From Octopus sinensis (Eukaryota): 34,534 bases of DNA. The position numbers and the translations under genes were made by a program. The DNA lies in NCBI RefSeq assembly GCF_006345805.1, contig NW_021836409.1, positions 1 to 34,534 on the forward strand. The letters run 5' to 3'. Shown one piece after another: positions 22,785 to 33,770 of the stretch; position 1 is the first letter of the stretch, and every line of letters begins with the position of its first letter. A model generated the notes under the pieces. The model searched no databases. It had not been told where the DNA came from and saw only the letters and a list, made by a program, of their open reading frames with translations.

Positions 22785-23100
22785 AGGTGTGTAATGTTGA
22801 AAGTGTATGAAACTTGTGTAAGTAGTGTACTGTTGCACAATAAGTGAGAGTCTTGGATTTATTGTTGAAGAATGTGTGAATCTCTTGGAGAGAAAAGAAT
22901 GCAATATGATCCAAAGGATGTGCAACGGCAAAAGAAAACATCTGGACATTAAAATCTTCACCTGTAGAAAGAAAGCGAGGGTTGTGTTTGTGTGTGAATA
23001 TCTGATATGAATGGACAAGTGATAAAAAGGTTGAATGCTGATAGTTGTAGAAATGTAGGCAGTCATAAGAAAAGATAAAGGAAAATATGAGAATCAAAGT
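22785..23100 (+). mobile_element. RTE-clade LINE reverse transcriptase C-terminal remnant
   Basis: LKVYETCVSSVLLH, then after a frameshift SES...LLERKECNMIQRMCN; matches the RTE pattern LY..CV...MLHGSE.W......LER.E..M.R.MC (from family knowledge). Confidence 0.7.
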
Positions 23101-23289
23101 CAAGATCAGAGGTTGTTGGGTTTCCAAACATGATGATGAGATCAAAATAAACGGTAATCTTCCTTCTTCGCACACTGCAAACCTCTTCAACTGATGCCGC
23201 CATAGAAAATAGATGTTGGACTGATTATTATTCTGACTATTGTCAGAATTATTGAATGAAAGAAATGGCAGTGAGCCATAGAGGATGTC

Positions 23290-23365
23290 AAGAGTTGTTT
23301 ACGGTCTTTAACTTTCTGAGTTCAGTTCCGATAGAAGTCCTCTTTCGCTGTTCTGGGGGTTTATA
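23290..23365 (+). mobile_element. Family C SINE fragment ending at (AAT)n
   Basis: ttctgagttcagttccg...ctgggggtttataaa resembles ttctgagttcaaattccg...ttcggggtcgataaa. Confidence 0.45.
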
Positions 23366-23439
23366 AATAATAATAATAATAATAATATTAATAATAATAA
23401 TAATAATAATAATTATAAGAAGAATGATAATACTAGTAA

Positions 23440-23975
23440 TTATTAAAAAAATTTTTTGCCGTAAGGGCAGCTTGGGGGAGGTGGGGGTTAAGTCAATTAC
23501 ATCGACCCCAGTTTTCAACTGGTACTTATTTTATTGACCTCAAAAGGATGAAAGGCAAAGTCAACCTCAGCAGAATTTGAACTCAGAATGTAGCGATGTG
23601 CAAAATACTGCTAAGCATTTTGTCCAGCGTGCTAAAGATTCTGCCGGCTCACTGCCCCAACGATAATACTAATAATGATAATGGTTCAGATTTTGACTCA
23701 AGGCTCGCAATTTTCGGAGAGGAGCTAAGTCGATTACATTGAAACGCCTCCCCCCCCCCCATCCCCAGTACACACCTGGTACCTATTTTATCAACTCTGA
23801 AATGATAAAGGGCCAAGTCAGCCTTGGTGGAATTTGAACTCAAATTAAGATGGATGAAATACTGTTTAGCATTTAACCCGGCGTGCTAACGATTTTGCCT
23901 GCTCACCACCTCAGGACTGATGATAATGATGATGATGATGATTTTGCCTCAAGGGCAGCAATTTGAGGGGTGGGG

Positions 23976-24017
<42 letters not shown>

Positions 24018-24222
24018 TAATAATAATAATAACCGTTTCTACTCTAGGCACAAGGCATGGGCTTTGTGGGGAGAGGGACAGTTGATCACATTGACCCTAG
24101 TACGCAACTGGTACTTAATTTATCAACTCTGAAGGATGAAAGGCAAAGTTGACCACAAAATGCTGCTAAGTATTTTACTCAACGTGCTGATGATTCTACC
24201 ATCCGCTTCCTTAACAATAATA

Positions 24223-24271
<49 letters not shown>

Positions 24272-24494
24272 TAATAATAATCCTTTCTACTGGAGGCACA
24301 AGGCCTTAGATTTGTGGGGAGGGGACTAGTTGATTACATCAACCCCAGTACGCAACTGGTACTTAATTTATCAACCCCGAAAGGTTGAAAGGCAAAGTCG
24401 ACCTTGGCAGAATTTGAACTGAGAACGTAGTAGCAGATGAAATACTGCTAAGCATTTCGCCCGGCGTGCTAATGATTCTGCCAGCTCACCACCC
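23440..24494 (-). mobile_element. Head-to-tail cluster of four family C SINEs (23440-23658, 23680-23911, 24030-24212, 24275-24494) plus a tail stub at about 23940-23975
   Basis: Each copy has gaccccag...actggtactta.tttat...gaaaggcaaagt...gctaagcattt...gtgcta..gattctgcc. The minus strand gives a tRNA-like head (gagctggcagaatc, gagttcaaattc) and a central gactttgcctttcatcctttcggggtcgataa motif, which resembles the MetaSINE domain (from memory). Copies are mostly separated by AAT/GAT runs. Confidence 0.9.
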
Positions 24495-24532
<38 letters not shown>

Positions 24533-24768
24533 GTAACTATTATAATAAAAAGTTGGGGTGCTATTATTGAAGCAAGGTAGAACTGTTAAAATGGAAGGAA
24601 TTATGTGAGCAGAGGGACAAGTTATGGAGGAAATTGGCAACAAGTAAATGTACGTAGGCATCCTGGAAACAGACCAAATGGAGAAATTGATATCAAAGGA
24701 ATATAAATTGAGATTGGAATTGGTCTTAATGACAAAGTGGTAGGAATAAGATACTGGCTGTCAACATA

Positions 24769-25098
24769 GGCATAGGAGTGGCTGTGTGGTAAGTAGCTTG
24801 CTTACCAACAACATGGTTCCGGGTTCAGTCCCGCTGCGTGGCACCTTGGGCAAGTGTCTTCAACTATAGCCTCGGGCTGACCAAAGCCTTGTGAGTGGAT
24901 TTGGTAGACGGAAACTGAAAGAAGCCCGTTGTATATATGTCGTCATCATCATCATCATCATCATCGTTTAACGTCCGTTTTCCGCGCTAGCACGGGTTGG
25001 ACGGTTCGACCGGGGTCTGGGAAGCCAGGTGCTGCTCCAATCTCCAGTCTGATCTGGCAGAGTTTCTACGGCTGGATGCCCTTCCTAACGCCAACCAC

Positions 25099-25138
<40 letters not shown>

Positions 25139-25345
25139 GTTTGTGTTTGTCCCCCAACATCGCTTGACAACCGATGCTGGTGTGTTTACGTCTCCGTAAC
25201 TTAGCAGTTTGGCAAAAGAGACTGATAGAATAAGTACTAGGCTTACAAAGAATAAGTCCTGGGGTCAATTTGCTCGATCGACTAAAGGCAGTGCTCCAGC
25301 ATGGCCACAGTCAAATGACTGAAACAAATAAAAGAGTAAAAAGAG
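24769..25345 (+). mobile_element. Family A SINE, full length, with a nested family B element
   Basis: Complete head and tail; ATA is duplicated on both sides (24766-24768 and 25346-25348). Confidence 0.92.
24941..25098 (-). mobile_element. Family B element, 5'-truncated, inside the family A central microsatellite
   Basis: (cat)n cgtttaacgtccgttttcc...ggatgcccttcctaacgccaaccac, flanked by tatatatg and atatatatatg. Confidence 0.9.
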
Positions 25346-25463
25346 ATATGGGTCGTTGCTGCTCTCAAGTGTAGCGCTGGTGTGATAGAGTGGAGAGTGA
25401 TGAACTTAAGGAGCTTGATAGAAAGATCAGGAAAATGATGGCACTACAAGGGGCTCTACACCC

Positions 25464-25609
25464 TAAGAGGAAAAAATCTATCAGAAAGTAACTCTATCTC
25501 TCTTAAAAAAACATCTTTTGATAAGCATAACAAATGCGCAACCGGTAAAAAGAACTTTCACCTAATTAAATTACTTAATTATTTTGTCAGCATTTCCTTC
25601 ATTTCCTTT

Positions 25610-25643
<34 letters not shown>

Positions 25644-25647
25644 TATA

Positions 25648-25694
<47 letters not shown>

Positions 25695-25699
25695 GTATA

Positions 25700-25731
<32 letters not shown>

Positions 25732-25734
25732 GTA

Positions 25735-25774
<40 letters not shown>

Positions 25775-25785
25775 TATATATATAA
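25464..25785 (-). repeat. Second copy of the unclassified repeat plus (TA)n
   Basis: Reverse complement of 12795-12955, followed by about 170 bp of (TA)n. Confidence 0.85.
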
Positions 25786-25859
25786 GAGAGAGAGAAAGAA
25801 TATGATGCTGGGTGATGGAGAGACTATTATGCCAGAGTGGACAGAGGCTGACAAAATAC

Positions 25860-25960
25860 GGCCTTTTATTCTATCCCTTGGCATTTTAGGATCAATTCCC
25901 ACCAAGGGTGACTTTACCATTTATTCTTCTTTCCAATTTGATAAAATAAATTCCAGAACA
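25860..25960 (+). mobile_element. Family C SINE fragment
   Basis: gatcaattcccaccaagggtgactttacc...tttgataaaataa. Confidence 0.45.
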
Positions 25961-26364
25961 CACCATTACTAGTTTGTATAACCAATTCCATTCTATCGCA
26001 TTCATAGACCCATGCCTATGCTGTCTGCTGCTTCTGGTCGGAATCACCTTGGTCATCGTAGAAATGACTTTTGTCTGTGAATTTCATGAATTTTTATGTA
26101 ATTTTGGCCCTAAAAGGGATTTGGAATCATTATTTTTGTGGTTGGTTTATGCAGAGAAATCAAGTTGCGGTATTGCCATTTGAATTTTCCTTTCATGGCG
26201 GCCCCTAAGGAGTCGAATCCATTTTGAAGCACTTTCCTTCTTTCTTTTCTTTCCTTTTTTTTTTTTTTTCAGAATTCTTATTTTCGTCATTTAACTTTTA
26301 TGATCTTCAGGAAAACATGAGTACCACAAATTCCCTTCTCTCTTTCCTCATTAAATAGCATCCA

Positions 26365-26735
26365 TGATGCCATCATCATCATCACCATCATCACTATCAT
26401 CATTATCATCATCATCATCACCACCATCACTATCATCATCATTATCATCATCATCATCATCACCACCACCTTCACCACCATCATCATCACCACCATCACT
26501 ATCATCATCATTATCATCATCATCACCACCACCTTCACCACCATCATCATCACCACCATCACTATCATCATCATTATCATCATCATCACCACCACCACCT
26601 TCACCACCACTACCACCATCATCTCCACCACCATCACTACCAACATCATCATCATCATCATCACTACCACCACCACCACCACCACCACCATCATCGTCGT
26701 CATCATCACCACTACCATCACCCCTACCATCATTG
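26365..26735. repeat. (CAT)/(CAC) compound array
   Basis: Direct reading. Confidence 0.95.
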
Positions 26736-26739
26736 TCGT

Positions 26740-26848
26740 GATTGATAAACAGTACCAGTCAAGTACCGAGATGCAAAGGTCGTCAATTTAATTAGCTAAC
26801 CTCCTCCCCTTAAAATTACTGGCCTTACGCCAACATTTGAAACCATTA
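26740..26848 (+). mobile_element. Family C SINE 3' half
   Basis: gataaacagtaccagtcaagtac...cctccccttaaaattactggcctt.cgccaacatttgaaaccattatta. Confidence 0.6.
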
Positions 26849-27059
26849 TTACAGACACACACACACACACTGTAATATTCATCATCATCATCATCATCAT
26901 TGCAATGGTTGTCATCACCACCATCTGTTACTCAGGTTATTCCACCTCATTTATCTGGTTAATTTCTCTGTGGAACAGGATGAATGCCTCAACCTCTCAG
27001 TGTTTTGACTCTCCTACTACACACCCATTACACACACAACCACCGCCACCACCACCTCG

Positions 27060-27091
<32 letters not shown>

Positions 27092-27108
27092 CACCACCAC
27101 CACCCCAC

Positions 27109-27148
<40 letters not shown>

Positions 27149-27160
27149 CACCACCACCCA

Positions 27161-27192
<32 letters not shown>

Positions 27193-27211
27193 ATAACAAT
27201 AATAATAGTAA

Positions 27212-27660
27212 TGATAATCCTTTTTACTGTAGGCTCAAGGCCTGGGATTTTGGGGGAGAGGTTAAGTCGATTACATCAACCCCAGTACTCAACTGGTACT
27301 TAATTTATCGACCCCATAGGGATGAAAGGCAAAGTCGACCTTGGTGGAATTTGAACTCAGAATGCAAAGATGGACGAAGCTCCACTAAGCATTTTGCCCG
27401 GCATGCTAACAACTCTGCCAGCTTTCTGTCTTAATAATAATAATAATAATAATAGTAGTAGTAAAAGTTTCAAATTTCAGCACAAGGCCAGCAATGTTGG
27501 GGAGGGAGAAAGTGAATTACATTGACCCCAGTACTTGACTGGTGCTGATTTCATTGACCCCTCGAAAGGATGAAAGGCAAAAACTGACCTCAGCTGGATT
27601 TGAACTCAGAATGTTAAGTTGAAGAAAATGGTGCTCAATGATTCTGCTGGTTTGTTGCCT
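27212..27660 (-). mobile_element. Two tandem family C SINEs (27212-27431; 27465-27660) separated by (AAT)n
   Basis: Same core motifs as the 23440 cluster; (AAT)n at 27432-27455. Confidence 0.88.
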
Positions 27661-28425
27661 TAATAACAGTAACAACAACAACAACAACAATAACAATAAC
27701 AATAGCAACAACAAAACAACAAGAATAACAACAGCAACAAAAATAACAACAACAACAACAACAAAATAACAAAAATAACAACATCAACAACAATAACAAC
27801 AATAACAACAAAAATAACAACAGTAACAACAATAACAACAAAAATAACAACAAAAATAACAACATCAACAACAATAACAACAACAATAACAACAAAAATA
27901 ACAACAGTAACAACAATAACAACAAAAATAACAACAAAAATAACAACATCAACAACAATAACAACAAAAATAACAACAGTAACAACAATAACAACAAAAA
28001 TAACAACAGTAACAGCAATAACAACAAAAATAACAAAAATAACAACATCAACAACAATAACAACAAAAATAACAACAGTAACAACAATAACAACAATAAT
28101 AACAACAAAAATAACAACAAAAATAACAACAATAACAAAAATAACAACATCAACAATAACAACAACAATAACAACAAAAATAACAACAGTAATAACAATA
28201 ACAACAAAAATAACAACAAAAATAACAACATCAACAACAATAACAACAACAATAACAACAAAAATAACAACAGTAACAACAATAACAACAAAAATAACAA
28301 CAGTAACCACAATAACAACAAAAATAACAACAATACCAAAAATAACAACATCAACAATAACAACAACAATAACAACAAAAATAACAACAGTAATAACAAT
28401 AACAACAACAGCAATAACAACAATG
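27661..28425. repeat. (AAC)/(AAT) mosaic array, about 760 bp
   Basis: Modules aacaacaaaaat, aacagt and aacatc are shuffled; it explains the poly-Leu and Val/Ile ORFs. Confidence 0.97.
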
Positions 28426-28439
28426 ATAACGTGTGAAAA

Positions 28440-29480
28440 CATTCTCATTATAAAGTGTATGTTTGTAAGTGTATGTATGATTGCATTTGTTAATTTGCTT
28501 GTAAGTACATGTGTGATTGTGTGTGTGTGTGTGTGTTTGTAAGAACGTACCTGTGATAGTGTGTGATACTATACATATGTATAGTAAGGATGATTGTGTG
28601 TGTGTGTACCTTTGTGATTGTGTGTGTGTGTACCTGTGTTATTTTGTATGCAAGTTTGTAAGTATATTTGTGATTGAGTGTGTGTGTGTTTATGAACATA
28701 TCTATAATTCTGTGTGTGTGTATGTGTGTGTGTTGTTTCTGTGATTGTGTATGTGTGTGCAGTGCATCTGTATGTGTGAACATACCTGTGTGATTGTATG
28801 TGAGTGTATGTATATGGATGAGTGTATGTAAGCTTACCTTCGTAATTGTGTGTGTGTGTTAGTGTACTTGTGTGTGTTAGTGTACGTGTGTGTAATTGTG
28901 TGTGTGAGGCCATACCTTTGGTTGTACGACTGCGGGTATTTCAGCATACCTGTGTCACAGTGTACATGTATGTGTATGAACATCCGTGTGTGTGTGTGTG
29001 TGTGTGAGAATACCCATGTGACTGTGTGTGTGTATGTATATATATGTATATACATATGTGCATACCTGTGTGATTCTGTGTATGGATGTGTGTGTGTGTA
29101 TGGTGTGTCTGTGTGTATGTATACCTGAGTGACTGTGTGTACGTATGAGTGTTTGAGAGAAAACCTGTGTGATTGTGTGCATTTATGTATGTGTGTGTGT
29201 GTGTGTGTGTGAAAGAAACTCACGTGACTTCTGTGTGTGTGTGTGTGTTAGGATACTTGTGTAGGTGTCTGTGACAGTATGTATGTATGTGAGTTAGTGA
29301 GTGTATGTATGTGTATATGAATATATGTGTGTGTGTTATAAACCCACGTGACCTGTGTGTGTGTGTGTGTGTTTAGGTGTCTGTGACAGTATGTCTGTGT
29401 GTCTGTGTGTGGAATGCAATGTTTATGACAAAATATTAACATACAGTGGACACTACACTATGTGTGTGTGTGTGTGTGTA
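28440..29480. repeat. Cryptic (GT)-rich low-complexity region
   Basis: Short (GT)n runs with recurrent atacctgtg and gattgtgtg motifs. Confidence 0.85.
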
Positions 29481-29809
29481 TCTCTCTCTCTCTCTTTGTC
29501 TTTCTTTCTCTGTCTTTCTCTCTCTCTCTTTGTCTTTCTTTCTCTGTCTTTCTCTCTCCCTCTCTCTCTTCATCTCTCTGCATCTTGCCTTCTCTTACCT
29601 CCCTCTCTCTCTCTGGCATTAATCACTCTCTCTCTTTGTAGCTGTCTTTCTGACTGTCTCTTCTTCTCTCTTTTCATCTCTCTCTCTCTCTTTCTGTGTA
29701 TCACTTCCTCTTTCTTGCCCTCTCTCTCTATTCCTCTCTTTCCCTCTCTCCTTTTGTAATTGTAGTAACTGTTGCATAATTTTATCCTCTAATCTACACC
29801 AATGGTGCA

Positions 29810-30798
29810 CTTTCACACACACACACACACACACACACTTAAACGTACACAAACGCAGAAATAATTACACATACAGACATAATACATGCACATACACAAA
29901 CACACACAATTGAATACAAACACATACATAGATACACACACACACACAAACTCACATGTATAAACATACAAACACAAATGCTTACATACAAGCTCACACC
30001 ACACCACACACAAAAACACTAAACACACACACACACACAACACACACACACAAACACTAACACACACACAAACACTAACACACACACACACACACACACA
30101 CCACACCAACCACCAAACTCACATGTATAAACATACAAACACAAATGCTTACATACAAGCACACAACACACACCCACACAAGCACACACACCACACACAC
30201 AAGCACACACACACACACACACCACACACACACACACAACACTAACACACACACACACACACACACACACAACACACACAACACTAACACACACACACAC
30301 ACACACACACACAAAACACTAACACACACACACAAACACTACACACACAAACACACACACACACACACACACACAAACACTAACACACACACCACACACC
30401 CACACACACACAAACACTAACACACACACAAAAACAAACACACACACACACAAACACTAAACACACACCACACACACACACACACACACCAAACACTTAA
30501 CACACACAACCAACACTAACACACACACACAAACACTAAACACACACACACACAACACACACACACACACCACAAACTCACATGTATAAACATACAAACA
30601 CAAATTGCTTACATACAAGCACACACACACACACACACAAGCACCACAACACCACACAAAGCACACACACACACACACACACAACACACACACAAAAATA
30701 ACACACACACACACACACACCACACACACACACAAACACTAAAACACACCACACACACAACCACACACAAAAACACTAAACACACACACACAAAACAC

Positions 30799-30832
<34 letters not shown>

Positions 30833-31035
30833 ACACACACACAAACACTAACACACACACACAAACACTAAACACACACACCACCACACAACACACACAC
30901 ACACAACTCACATGTATAAACATACAAACACAAATGCTTACATACAAGCTCACACACACACACACACACAAGCACACACACACACACACACACAAGCACA
31001 CACACAAGCACACATAAATACACGCACATACACAC
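29810..31035. repeat. (CA)-rich satellite with a 46-bp cassette x4
   Basis: aactcacatgtataaacatacaaacacaaat(t)gcttacatacaagc at about 29948, 30115, 30574 and 30905. Confidence 0.95.
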
Positions 31036-31100
31036 ACCAGATTTGAAATAGCTAAACTCATTCTCAGAAATGAATTTCATACAAGCATATTCTTCAACCA

Positions 31101-31737
31101 CCTTTTCTTCTTCTTCTTCTTCTTCTTCTTCTTCTTTTTTCTTCTTTTTCTTTTTCTTCTTCTTCTTCTTCTTTTTTCTTCTTCTTCTTCTTCTTCTTCT
31201 TCTTTTTTTTTCTTCTTTTTCTTCTTCTTCTTCTTCTTTTTCTTCTTTTTCTTTTTCTTCTTCTTCTTCTTCTTTTTTCTTCTTTTTCTTCTTCTTCTTC
31301 TTCTTCCTTCTTCTTTTTCTTTTCTTTCTCTTCTTCTTTCTTCTTCTTTTTTTCTTCTTTTCTTTCTTTTCTTCTTCTTCTTCTTCTCTTCTTCTTTTTC
31401 TTTTTCTTCTTCTTCTTCGTTCTTCTTCTTCTTCCTTTTCTTCTTCTTCTTCTTCTTCTTCTTCTTCTTTTCTTTTTTCTTCTTTTTCTTTTTCTTCTTC
31501 TTCTTCTTCTTTTTCTTTTTCTTCTTCTTCTTCTTTCTTCTTCTTTTTTCTTCTTTTTCTTTTTCTTTTTCTTCTTCTTCTTCTTCTTCTTCTTTCTTCT
31601 TTCTTCTTTTCTTCTTCTTCTTCTTCTTCTTCTTCCTTTTCTTCTTCTTCTTCTTCCTTTTCTTCTTCTTCTTCTTCTTCTTTTCTTCTTCTTCTACTTT
31701 TTTCTTCTTCTTTTTCTTTTTCTTCTTCTTCTTCTTC
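31101..31737. repeat. (TTC)n/(TTTTTC) polypyrimidine tract, about 640 bp
   Basis: Only two purines seen on the plus strand (G31419, A31696); it explains the poly-K/E ORFs. Confidence 0.98.
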
Positions 31738-31766
31738 ATCTACTACTACTACTACTACTTCTACTA

Positions 31767-31804
<38 letters not shown>

Positions 31805-32289
31805 ACTACTACTACTACTACTACTACAGGAATTATGTCTGATGGTGAGGGAATCAGCAAAGACACTAGAGAGGTACTGCTATAGTACCACTGCACTCTA
31901 CTGGTGTAGTACATGGTACTCTACTCCACTGAAGTACTGCAGCACTGTACTATTGTGGTACTACAGCACTTTCTCTGGTATTTTACCGATGTAATATTTG
32001 AACTTTGAACATAGAACTCAATACAGTAAACCATTTGGTGCCAAAGCATTTCTACCACAGCACTGCTCTCTCTCTCTCTCCCTCCCGCTCTCCCTTTTTC
32101 TACCCCCCTCTCTCTCTATCTGGCTGGGCAACCATGTACCTCTTCTTCACCAAAACATCTGTTTCTGCCTCTCTGTCTCTCTAGCACACTCTGACCTTTC
32201 ATCATCTGACATGAGATCACCTCCTCCAATGACCCCCCTCCCCTCTCAACGATTCCTTTTCTTGCAAATTACTTGATGACCCTGCCATT

Positions 32290-32539
32290 GCCTTTGCCCC
32301 GTAACAAGCGTCCAGTCCACACTGTAAACCTGTTGGCATTTGGAAGGGCATCAAGCTGTAAGAACCATGCCAAAACTGACCTCGTCTGTGTTGGTGCCAC
32401 ATAAAAAGCATCAAGTCCACTTTGCAGGGTGGTTGGTGTTAGGAAGGGCATCCAGCTGTAAAAACCCTTCCAAAAACGACACAGAAGTCTGGTGCAGTCT
32501 TCAGCCTGGCCACCTCCCAGCATGGAAGGCTGACGTTAA

Positions 32540-32571
<32 letters not shown>
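32290..32571 (+). mobile_element. Family B-related element (older variant) with (GAT)n tail
   Basis: ggaagggcatc occurs twice; gccacataaaaagca; cagcatggaaggctgacgttaaa(tga)n. Confidence 0.8.
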
Positions 32572-32572
<1 letters not shown>

Positions 32573-32732
32573 CTGTTTCGAGTACCCTTTGACCTATAGC
32601 CTGTCACCTATTATAAATATACACTCACTACCGACATAGCAGTGATTCCCGCTAGTGGGGCATGGGAAGATTGTGGTGGGATGTGGGGTCCTAAATTTGT
32701 TTTTCTTTTGCTTTTAGTGGGACATGAAATCC

Positions 32733-32937
32733 TCTTATTCTTTTGTCTCAGTCATCTGGCTGTGGCCATGCCGGAGCACTGCCTTGAGGGGTTCTAATTG
32801 AACAAATTGACCCCCAGGTCTTTTTTTTTATTTTAAAGCCTAGTACATATTTTATTGGCCACTTTTGCTGAACTGCTAAGTTACAGGAACATAAACACAC
32901 CAACACCGGTTGTCAAGCAGTGATGGGGAGCAAACAC
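32733..32937 (-). mobile_element. Family A SINE 3' half
   Basis: cagtcatctggctgtggccatgccggagcactgcc...ttttgctgaactgctaagttac...ggttgtcaagcagtgatggggagcaaacac. Confidence 0.8.
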
Positions 32938-32941
32938 TATG

Positions 32942-33477
32942 TCAAGTCACTGAGAAGGCGACAACAGTGCTCCTGACATTGTTCTCACATACGGTTGATG
33001 AGCAGAGGTCTTACCATGCATCATCTCAAGCTCTTGCTACTCTCCACCTTGATGACCCTGGACAGTGTGGCCACCGAGATGTTGTCATTCTTCACAAGGG
33101 CAGTCATTTTGATCAATAGATCACTCTTCAAGGCCTTTCTCACAGTCAAACGATTGACAACTTGGGGTCTGCTTGATTGAAGTTGATCTTTGAGGACTTC
33201 CCCATTCTTGAGCCTCTTTGAGACTCTGTGGGCATCTGTCTGATGTTGAGCTGCTTGGCAATGTTGGACTTGTTGTGGCCCATGCACAGGAGAGGAGGGA
33301 TCTCAATTCTTTTTGCTTCCATCTCAAAACACCTGCACACAATGGTAAAGAGGTTTCAAGAACATTTGCTGGAACAGTTGAACATTAAGTACGTTTGATG
33401 GCACGATTTCTATCACACACGAAAACCTCTCAAAAAACCCAAAACTAAGAGTAACAGTACTTTTGCAAAGCCTGGTA
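32942..33477 (-). mobile_element. Tc1/mariner-superfamily DNA transposon, left end and transposase N-terminus (pseudogenised)
   Basis: ATG at 33322 gives MEAKRIEIPPLLCMGHNKSNIAKQLNI, then after a frameshift HRVSKRLKNGEVLKDQLQSSRPQVV...MTALVKNDNISVATLSRVIKVESSKSLR*CMVRPLL...RLLSDL (HTH, RSGRP-like linker, second HTH). A putative TIR taccaggctttgcaaaagt ends in TA at 33476-33477. The catalytic domain is absent. Confidence 0.8.
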
Positions 33478-33479
33478 AA

Positions 33480-33480
33480 T

Positions 33481-33526
<46 letters not shown>

Positions 33527-33682
33527 TGAGCTTCTTTCAGTTTCTGTTTACCAAATACTCTCACAAGGCTTTCGTCTGTCTGGGGCTATAGTGTAGGAGA
33601 CACTTCCCTTAGGTGCCATGCACTTGGACTGTGGGACCAAACTTAGGACAATGTGGTTGGGAAGCAAACTTCTTACCACACA
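33480..33682 (-). mobile_element. Family A SINE 5' half (partner of 32733-32937)
   Basis: (CA)n acgatgagcttctttcagtttctgtttaccaaat...gggctatag...gacactt...ggtgccatgc...atgtggttgggaagcaaacttcttaccacac. Confidence 0.82.
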
Positions 33683-33686
33683 CATA

Positions 33687-33730
<44 letters not shown>

Positions 33731-33770
33731 ACACACACACACCTGCATTGTGAGTTATGAGGTACCCTTA

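Larger units (their letters stand above)
24548..25469 (+). mobile_element. Dong/R4-like LINE RT fragment interrupted by a family A SINE
   Basis: 24548-24768 encodes GVLLLKQGRTVKMEGIM*AEGQVMEEIGNK*MYVGILETDQMEKLISKEYKLRLELVLMTK then GRNKILAVNI. It resumes at 25346 as IWVVAALKCSAGVIEWR then DELKELDRKIRKMMALQGALHPK, matching the recalled GRNKI.A.NTWAV...AG...W...ELK.LDRK.RK.M...GALHPKS motif. Confidence 0.85.

Noticed and set aside
23440-24545. The adjacent Dong/R4 LINE as the mobilising partner of family C
   Set aside because: Repeat polarity is opposite ((TAA)n on the LINE sense strand, (TTA)n on the SINE sense strand), and no shared 3' end is visible in the window.
25464-25788. TAAGAG as a target-site duplication
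   Set aside because: The same hexamer is part of the other copy of the element (about 12946-12951), so it is not independent evidence.
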